Source: Thermotogota bacterium (GTDB taxonomy: Bacteria; Thermotogota; Thermotogae; Petrotogales; Petrotogaceae). From it: a stretch of DNA of 23,736 nucleotides. Positions 17,930 through 23,736 of the stretch are shown here, piece after piece. A model generated the notes under the pieces. The model saw only the letters and a list, made by a program, of their open reading frames with translations. It made no database searches and was not told the DNA's origin. The first letter of the stretch is position 1. Each line of letters begins with the position of its first letter. The position numbers were made by a program, and so were the translations under genes. The DNA is taken from the NCBI GenBank assembly GCA_051748045.1, contig JBNJGY010000030.1, positions 1-23,736 of the forward strand, given 5' to 3'.

Positions 17930-18643
17930 ATGGAAATACTGGGTATAGTGGATAATTATAAAAAGTCAGATAATTTTAAAACCGATTGGGGTTTTTCTGT
18001 TGGGATTTCTACAGATCACTATAACATAATATTTGATACTGGTAATGATCCAGAAGTATTAAAACATAATATGAAAGAATTAAACCATGATGGACAAAAT
18101 AGAAATATAGATTTACTTTTTATTTCTCATAATCACACCGATCATACGGGGGGTATTGAATATTTTTTAGATAATTATTATTTGAAAAATGTTGCAGTTC
18201 CCTATGATATTGATCAAAAAATTTTTAAAAAAATTTCAAAACTCAATAAAACAAGGTTAATGGATATAAAATCTCCTACAACCCTAGATTTGAATGTACA
18301 TACTACTGGTGTAATGGGAGAAAAAATAAAAGAACAGGCGCTAGTTGTAGAAACTAAAAAAGGATTGGTTTTATTTGTAGGGTGCTCACATCCTGGAATA
18401 TCTGAAATAATTGAATATGTAAAAAACACTTTTAATGATAAAATACATTTGTTAATAGGAGGATTTCATTTTTATAAACTATATGAAGAAAAATTAGATA
18501 AAGAAATCAATTATCTTTTAAAAAGTGATATTGATTATATTGCTCCTACACACTGTACAGGCGATAGGGCTAGAAATATTTTAAAAGAAAAACTTGGAGA
18601 TAAGTTTGTTGAGTTCGGTGTCGGTTATAAAATTAAAATATGA
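17930..18643 (+). CDS. MBL-fold metallo-hydrolase (MJ0301/COG1237-like)
   Basis: WGFS, FDTG, SHNHTDHTGG (HxHxDH), EQAL, GCSHPG, GGFH, PTHCTG. Confidence 0.9.
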   Translation: MEILGIVDNYKKSDNFKTDWGFSVGISTDHYNIIFDTGNDPEVLKHNMKELNHDGQNRNIDLLFISHNHTDHTGGIEYFLDNYYLKNVAVPYDIDQKIFKKISKLNKTRLMDIKSPTTLDLNVHTTGVMGEKIKEQALVVETKKGLVLFVGCSHPGISEIIEYVKNTFNDKIHLLIGGFHFYKLYEEKLDKEINYLLKSDIDYIAPTHCTGDRARNILKEKLGDKFVEFGVGYKIKI

Positions 18644-18678
18644 TATAATAAAATATCTTAGAATATATGGGGGTTAAT

Positions 18679-20436
18679 ATGCTAAAAAGTCTAAAAAAAT
18701 TAAACAGACTTATTTTTCTCTTTTCACTTGCTATATTACTTATCTCGTTGATAGTTTTTTTTCTAAGCCTATATCGATTCAATGAGAATGAAAAAAATAA
18801 TACTATGATAAATGAAAATATAACAACCATTAATTCAATTATTTCCAATTTATATTTCATTAGAGATAATGAAGTAGATAAAGGTAATCAAAAAATTGAA
18901 GAAATAATTGATTATATAAGGTTATTATCTAATAATAACCAATCATTAAATATTAAATATAAATATGAAGTTACAAAAAAAATGATTCAAAATAATGATT
19001 CAGTACCAATTCAAGAAGTTATTAATGAAATCTCAAAATATGCTAGATATATAAGAGATTATAGAGAAAGAAGAGTATATGAAACAATAACTTTTAACAG
19101 ATTTTCCATTATATTTTTAATGTTTAGTTTATCTCTAATAGTTATCCTATTAACGTATCAAAGATCAAATATAAATAATTATTTTGATAAAATTCAAAAA
19201 GGCATTAAAAGTTTAGAAAACATACTTAGCTATAAAAAAGTTGAAAATAAAATCGATTATGAATGGGTTGAAGAAAAGATATTTTTAAAAGAAATTGAAA
19301 AAATTGATAATGAAATGGATTTAAATAAAAATCTTTTAGAGATTGGTAGATATAATTCAATGTATGACCTTTTAAAAAAAATAATGGACACAGTAGAAAA
19401 GAAATTACCTTTAGATAGATTATCATTTGCGTTTATGGATAATTTTGGGAATGTAATTGCTGAAAATGCTTCAACTAAATTAGATAATATTTATTTGGAG
19501 GCAGGATTTGTAGATGATTTAAAAAACACTTCATTAGAAAATATTATAAAATCAAAAAAATACAGAATTATAAATGATTTAGAAGATCATTATGAAAATA
19601 AACATAAGTCTGAAGCAACTAGACTTCTTTTAAAAGAAGGAATAAAATCAAATATAACAGCTCCTATTCAGTTTAACGATAGAGTAGTAGGTTTCATCTT
19701 TTTTGCTTCTTCGAAAAAAAATGTTTATAATGACTATCATATAAATATAGTAAAAAGAATAATTAATATATTAAAACAAAATATATTTAGTCATTATATA
19801 GTTCAACAAATAATAGCCTCATCATCAAATGGGTTTGTCAGATTAGTTGAAGGTAAAGACAATGAAACTGGAGATCATATTTCAAGAGTTGCAAGTGTAG
19901 CAAGATTAATAGCAAAAAAATTATCTGAAATTAATCCAAATATAACACCAAAATTTATAAGAGAACTATATCTTTTCACACCATTACATGATATAGGAAA
20001 AGTTGGAATTCCAGATGACATTCTTCTTAAACCAGGAAGATTAACAAAGGAAGAATATAATTTAATGAAAACACACGTTACTATCGGAGAAAATATTATT
20101 AAAGATATTAATAAAAGCATTGAAAATCTTAGTGACCTATCTCTTTTAGAAGTAGCGATTGATATAATAAGTGGTCATCACGAAAAATTTGATGGATCAG
20201 GCTATCCAAGAGGCAAAAAAGGTAAAAATATATCTCTTGCAGGTCGTATTGTTGCCGTTGCTGATGTTTTTGATGCGCTTATGAGTAAAAGGCCTTATAA
20301 AGATGCTTTTAGCTTTGAAGAGTCTTATAATTTAATTAAAAAAGGATCTGGAAACCATTTTGATCCTGAAATTGTAGAGATATTTGAATCCTCAATAAAT
20401 GAAATTAAAAAAATATACCAACTTTACAAAAATTAA
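18679..20436 (+). CDS. Membrane-bound GAF + HD-GYP cyclic di-nucleotide phosphodiesterase
   Basis: Two TM helices flanking an extracytoplasmic helical region, a GAF domain (GIKSNITAPI....VVGFI), then ETGDH, HDIGK, HHEKFDGSGYP and ADVFDA. The start is probably ATG 18679 (GGGGG SD) rather than 18667. Confidence 0.9.
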   Translation: MLKSLKKLNRLIFLFSLAILLISLIVFFLSLYRFNENEKNNTMINENITTINSIISNLYFIRDNEVDKGNQKIEEIIDYIRLLSNNNQSLNIKYKYEVTKKMIQNNDSVPIQEVINEISKYARYIRDYRERRVYETITFNRFSIIFLMFSLSLIVILLTYQRSNINNYFDKIQKGIKSLENILSYKKVENKIDYEWVEEKIFLKEIEKIDNEMDLNKNLLEIGRYNSMYDLLKKIMDTVEKKLPLDRLSFAFMDNFGNVIAENASTKLDNIYLEAGFVDDLKNTSLENIIKSKKYRIINDLEDHYENKHKSEATRLLLKEGIKSNITAPIQFNDRVVGFIFFASSKKNVYNDYHINIVKRIINILKQNIFSHYIVQQIIASSSNGFVRLVEGKDNETGDHISRVASVARLIAKKLSEINPNITPKFIRELYLFTPLHDIGKVGIPDDILLKPGRLTKEEYNLMKTHVTIGENIIKDINKSIENLSDLSLLEVAIDIISGHHEKFDGSGYPRGKKGKNISLAGRIVAVADVFDALMSKRPYKDAFSFEESYNLIKKGSGNHFDPEIVEIFESSINEIKKIYQLYKN

Positions 20437-20451
20437 TAAATGTGATACTAT
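20423..20451 (+). promoter_or_regulatory. Promoter of the trp leader-trpB unit
   Basis: TTTACA (20423-20428), 17-nt spacer, TACTAT (20446-20451) with an extended TG at 20443-20444. Confidence 0.7.
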
Positions 20452-20481
20452 TATATAAATACTTTTTAAGGAGTGGTATTT

Positions 20482-20535
20482 ATGTTGAAAAACTCTTTAA
20501 AATTAAATAGAAATTGGTGGTGGCATCTGAAATAG
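20482..20535 (+). CDS. trpL: Trp attenuator leader peptide MLKNSLKLNRNWWWHLK
   Basis: SD AAGGAG at 20468-20473, ATG at 20482, three tandem TGG codons at 20515-20523, TAG at 20533-20535; directly upstream of trpB. Confidence 0.92.
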   Translation: MLKNSLKLNRNWWWHLK

Positions 20536-20601
20536 GATGTCAAGTTTTGTTATGTCAAAAATAATGAAGGCATCCTATGTGATTTTAGGATGCCTCTTTT
20601 T
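20521..20601 (+). promoter_or_regulatory. Ribosome-mediated transcriptional attenuator
   Basis: Pause hairpin 1:2 = 20521-28/20535-42; antiterminator 2:3 = 20532-41/20569-78 (10 bp, one G-U); terminator 3:4 = 20568-77/20586-95 (10 bp perfect) followed by CTTTTT. Confidence 0.9.
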
Positions 20602-20617
20602 ATTGGGTGGAATATAT

Positions 20618-20651
20618 AACCCTTTCTCAAAAAAGAGGAAGGGTTTTTTTT
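20618..20651 (+). terminator. Second leader terminator in front of trpB
   Basis: AACCCTTTCTC (20618-28), A6 loop, GAGGAAGGGTT (20635-45): 11 bp with one G-U, and an 8-T run at 20644-51. Confidence 0.8.
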
Positions 20652-20678
20652 ATATCAAAAATTAAAGGAGTGAATCAA

Positions 20679-21833
20679 ATGTTAAAAACAAGTGGGATTT
20701 ATTATGGAGATTTTGGTGGAAGATTTGTACCTGAAAATTTAGAAAAAAAGTTAGAAATTTTAGAAGATGTTTTCAAAGAAGTAAAAGATGATCCTGTTTT
20801 CAATGCAGAGTTACAATATTACCTGAAAAATTATGTTGGTAGACCATCTTCTCTTTACTATGCAAAAAATTTATCAGACAAAATAGGGGTAAAAACATAT
20901 TTAAAAAGAGAAGACTTAAACCATACAGGTGCACATAAAATAAATAATACAATTGGACAAATATTAGTTGCAAAAAAAATGGGTAAAACTGAAATTATAG
21001 CAGAAACAGGAGCAGGGCAACATGGAGTAGCAACAGCTACAGCTGCAGCTTTATTTAATATGAAATGTAAAGTTTTTATGGGCGAAGAAGATATTAATAG
21101 ACAAAAAATGAATGTAGAAAGAATGAAAATATTAGGAGCTGAAGTTATTCCAGCTACTAATGGAACAAAAACATTAAAAGATGCAGTTGATTTAGCTCTG
21201 GGATATTATATAGAAAATCCTGAAAGTTATTATCTATTGGGATCAGCTGTTGGGCCATCTCCGTATCCAGAAATGGTAAAATATTTTCAATCTGTTATTG
21301 GTAAGGAAGCAAAAGAACAATTTGTTGAAAATGAAGGCGAATTACCAGATGGTATTTTTGCTTGTATTGGTGGAGGTTCAAATGCGATTGGGATTTTTAA
21401 TGAATTTTTAAATGAAAATGTTAAATTATATGCTGCTGAAGGGGGAGGAGAAGGCATTAATTCTGGTAAAACTGCAGCGACATTATCTAGTAATAGTAAA
21501 TCAATAATTTTTCAAGGATCATTTTCATATTGTTTAACTGATAATGAAGATAAACCGATTGAAGCTTATTCAGTTTCTGCTGGGTTAGACTACCCTGGAA
21601 TTGGTCCTGAACATTCATTTTTAAAAGATACAAAAAGAGTTAATTATTATCCTATAAATGATGATGAAGCAATTGAATCATTTAAAATATTGTCTCAAAA
21701 AGAAGGGATAATACCTGCTATAGAATCTGCTCACGCAATAGCTCTTGCAATAAAAATAGCCAAAAAAGAAAACTTAAAAAAAATAATAATCAATCTTTCT
21801 GGCAGAGGAGACAAAGATGTAGGAAGATTTTAA
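20679..21833 (+). CDS. trpB: Tryptophan synthase beta subunit (TrpB1-type), stand-alone
   Basis: FGG.FVPE, KREDLNHTGAHKINN (PLP lysine), ETGAGQHG, GGGSN, SAGLDYPG.GPEH, LSGRGDKD. Start revised from 20607 to ATG 20679 after SD AAGGAG. Confidence 0.96.
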   Translation: MLKTSGIYYGDFGGRFVPENLEKKLEILEDVFKEVKDDPVFNAELQYYLKNYVGRPSSLYYAKNLSDKIGVKTYLKREDLNHTGAHKINNTIGQILVAKKMGKTEIIAETGAGQHGVATATAAALFNMKCKVFMGEEDINRQKMNVERMKILGAEVIPATNGTKTLKDAVDLALGYYIENPESYYLLGSAVGPSPYPEMVKYFQSVIGKEAKEQFVENEGELPDGIFACIGGGSNAIGIFNEFLNENVKLYAAEGGGEGINSGKTAATLSSNSKSIIFQGSFSYCLTDNEDKPIEAYSVSAGLDYPGIGPEHSFLKDTKRVNYYPINDDEAIESFKILSQKEGIIPAIESAHAIALAIKIAKKENLKKIIINLSGRGDKDVGRF

Positions 21834-21864
21834 TTAAAATGGTAAAATAAATTGGTGATTAAAA

Positions 21865-22572
21865 ATGAAAGCAGTTATTAATTTAAATGACTTAAAAATA
21901 AAATTAAGAATAAAAAATATAACAAAAAAATCTATAAAACTTTATTTTTCAGAAAATAAAGAACTTATAATACATAAACCTAAGTATTATTCTTTAGCTA
22001 AAGTGAATCAATTTATTTATAAAAACAAAGAAAAAATATTATCAGAGTATAATAGAGTTTCACGAAATATAGAAGAAAAGAATTTTCACTATTTAGGCAA
22101 AAAAGTAGAGTTTAAAGAGATATATGATGACGAAGTATTAAATTGTGAGATAGAAGAAAATAATCAAGAATTACTTGTGAAAATAAATAAAAAAGTTCCA
22201 CAAAATATTTTAACAGATAAAATATTAAAGACAAAAAATCAATTTTTTTATAGTAAAATAAATAACATAATTTTATTTTATAAAGAAAAGCATAATAAAA
22301 ATCTTGGGTTAAAGATTAATTCTATAAAAATTAAAAATCTTAAATCTAGATGGGGAAGTTGTTCTACAAAGAAAAATTTAAATTTCAATGTAAAATTGAT
22401 ATGTTTTTCTGAAGATGTAATTGAATATGTTGTGGTTCATGAAATGTGTCATTTTATTTATATGAATCATTCAAAAGATTTTTGGAAAGAAGTAGAAAAA
22501 ATATTACCAGATTACAAAGAAAGAAAAAATAAATTAAATAACAAAATAATAATACCAGAGCTTTTGAGATAG
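21865..22572 (+). CDS. YgjP/DUF45 family zinc metallo-hydrolase (M48-like; UTP pyrophosphatase family)
   Basis: SRWGSCS, EYVVVHEMCH (HExxH), NHS.DFW..V. Confidence 0.9.
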   Translation: MKAVINLNDLKIKLRIKNITKKSIKLYFSENKELIIHKPKYYSLAKVNQFIYKNKEKILSEYNRVSRNIEEKNFHYLGKKVEFKEIYDDEVLNCEIEENNQELLVKINKKVPQNILTDKILKTKNQFFYSKINNIILFYKEKHNKNLGLKINSIKIKNLKSRWGSCSTKKNLNFNVKLICFSEDVIEYVVVHEMCHFIYMNHSKDFWKEVEKILPDYKERKNKLNNKIIIPELLR

Positions 22573-22585
22573 CTCTGGTATTATT
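22548..22585. terminator. Bidirectional terminator between convergent genes
   Basis: Perfect 15-bp stem AATAATACCAGAGCT (22548-62) / AGCTCTGGTATTATT (22571-85) with an 8-nt loop. Confidence 0.85.
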
Positions 22586-22598
22586 TATAAGATTATAT

Positions 22599-23303
22599 TT
22601 AGATATCAGTTTTTACTTCGAACATTAATGAAATAGATAGACCTTCTAATTTATTTTCTATAGTATTGTTTTCTAGGAATTTAGGAAACATAGAGGTTAT
22701 ATTATTACTCCATCCTAAATTAGCTATATTAAAAAAATAATCAGTTTTTAAAATAAGGTTAGTAGTATTATATCTATTTCTGTTTATATTGAACCCTAAA
22801 TCAAAACCAACTTTCAATGGAACTTCCATAGAATAAAGAATTGTACTGTTACCTGGAGTTGCTAAAATATCTTCTACAGAATTTATACCTTTTTCTTGAA
22901 TAAAATAAACTTGTGAACCAATACCCATACCAAAATTAGGGGTAATATTTAAAGATCCTAAATCAATATTATAACCAATTCCACCTGTAAAAGTAACTCC
23001 AACAAATCGATTGTAAAAAGTATCATTTTCTCCACTAAAATTCATAAAAACATGTGAATCCATAATTAATGCCAATCTGTTATCCAAAATGAATGAACTT
23101 GAATTAACCATGCTGAATATTGGATTTTTTAATTCAGGTAAATTATTGTTAGCAAAAGTAGAATTAATATCTTCATTGTTTAAAAGGGAAATTCCTCCAC
23201 CAAAACTACTTTTAACAGAATATGTATTACTATCATTACTCGCACCAAGCATTAATCCAAATGATAATACTAAAATTAACAATAAAAAAACACTTTTTTT
23301 CAT
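22599..23303 (-). CDS. Exported hypothetical protein, probable outer-membrane beta-barrel
   Basis: Signal peptide MKKSVFLLLILVLSFGLMLGA, several amphipathic Gly/aromatic-rich strands, SD AGGAGG. Confidence 0.6.
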   Translation of the reverse strand: MKKSVFLLLILVLSFGLMLGASNDSNTYSVKSSFGGGISLLNNEDINSTFANNNLPELKNPIFSMVNSSSFILDNRLALIMDSHVFMNFSGENDTFYNRFVGVTFTGGIGYNIDLGSLNITPNFGMGIGSQVYFIQEKGINSVEDILATPGNSTILYSMEVPLKVGFDLGFNINRNRYNTTNLILKTDYFFNIANLGWSNNITSMFPKFLENNTIENKLEGLSISLMFEVKTDI

Positions 23304-23316
23304 AAAAAAACCTCCT

Positions 23317-23736
23317 CTATTTATTTATAAAATTATTGAAATTATCACTGATTTTATCTTTTTCTAAAAGTCTAATTCTAATTTTGCTATCTTTTATATT
23401 TAATTTATTTAAAATATAATGTGCTAGCAAATATTCAAATGGTAACCAAGTCACATGGCCTACAGGCGCTCTATAATGTTTACACCCTTTAAATTCTTTT
23501 AGTAATAATTTTCTGCTTTTTCTAGATAGAGTTTTATCGAAAAGAGCTTCAATAAATGTAACTATCTTTGGATTAACTAAATGAGCATAAGATAAAGGGT
23601 CTATTTTAAAAAGAGGATGGATGTCTGATTTTATAATCTCTTCAAAACTCATTTTTTTTACTTTTTCAATATTTTCTCTATAAACTGATTTTATATAATC
23701 AATATCGTTTAGACCAAAATCAGTTTTATAACCTTT
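23317..23736 (-). CDS. Partial (3' end) probable alpha/beta-fold hydrolase
   Basis: The frame stays open from the window edge (KGYKTDFGLNDIDYIKSVYRENIEKVKK) into the 111-aa track ORF. The IDPL..A...V.FI.A.FD...P.GH pattern fits the catalytic Asp/His region. Confidence 0.6.
   Translation of the reverse strand, partial: KGYKTDFGLNDIDYIKSVYRENIEKVKKMSFEEIIKSDIHPLFKIDPLSYAHLVNPKIVTFIEALFDKTLSRKSRKLLLKEFKGCKHYRAPVGHVTWLPFEYLLAHYILNKLNIKDSKIRIRLLEKDKISDNFNNFINK

Noticed and set aside
20607-20678. 24-codon N-terminal extension of TrpB (GTG start in the ORF track)
   Set aside because: It has no SD and runs through the second terminator; a strong SD precedes ATG 20679, where TrpB homology begins.
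20455-20680. T-box or TRAP control of trpB
   Set aside because: No T-box GGTGGnACCGCG sequence and no regularly spaced (G/U)AG repeats; the leader peptide model explains the helices.
458-23367. Short antisense ORFs in the track (e.g. 458-676, 849-1268, 2958-3203, 14396-14665, 18633-18860, 23089-23367)
   Set aside because: They lie opposite well-supported genes and have the Phe/Ser/Ile/Leu-rich composition expected of reverse-strand shadows in AT-rich DNA.
23317-23652. 111-aa stand-alone ORF
   Set aside because: The frame is open to the window edge and the ATG lacks an SD; it is the 3' part of a longer gene.
23682-23726. 11-bp inverted repeat AAACTGATTTT/AAAATCAGTTT
   Set aside because: It is AT-rich, has a 23-nt spacer and lies inside an open reading frame; probably chance.
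1-23736. CRISPR arrays, IS elements, prophage, tRNA or rRNA genes
   Set aside because: No repeat-spacer pattern, transposase/integrase ORF or GC-rich structured RNA gene was seen; intergenic gaps are short.

Overview
A very AT-rich (about 25% GC by eye), densely coding bacterial chromosomal segment. Gene content and order suggest Thermotogota, probably a low-GC Petrotogales member; this is an inference from the short RnfB-like gene, ahcY, the rlmN-PASTA-rsgA-rpe order and comB. The left half (minus strand) carries an RNA-modification/housekeeping operon (rlmI-like, YugP-like peptidase, rsmB, rlmN, PASTA protein, rsgA, rpe, rdgB), a separately promoted radical-SAM/DUF4130 DNA-repair pair, ahcY and a ferritin-like gene. 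The right half (plus strand) carries ychF-tmcAL-guaA, two phosphatases, an Fe-alcohol dehydrogenase, an MBL hydrolase, a membrane GAF/HD-GYP phosphodiesterase, a stand-alone trpB and a YgjP-like protein. It ends with a convergent putative beta-barrel gene and a partial alpha/beta hydrolase. No rRNA, tRNA, CRISPR array or mobile element was seen. The most striking unannotated element is upstream of trpB: a promoter, a 17-aa Trp-Trp-Trp leader peptide, a complete 1:2 / 2:3 / 3:4 attenuator, and a second terminator that appears to be switched off by the strand released from the first (a cascaded double-terminator attenuator). It controls a Trp-free TrpB with no adjacent trpA.
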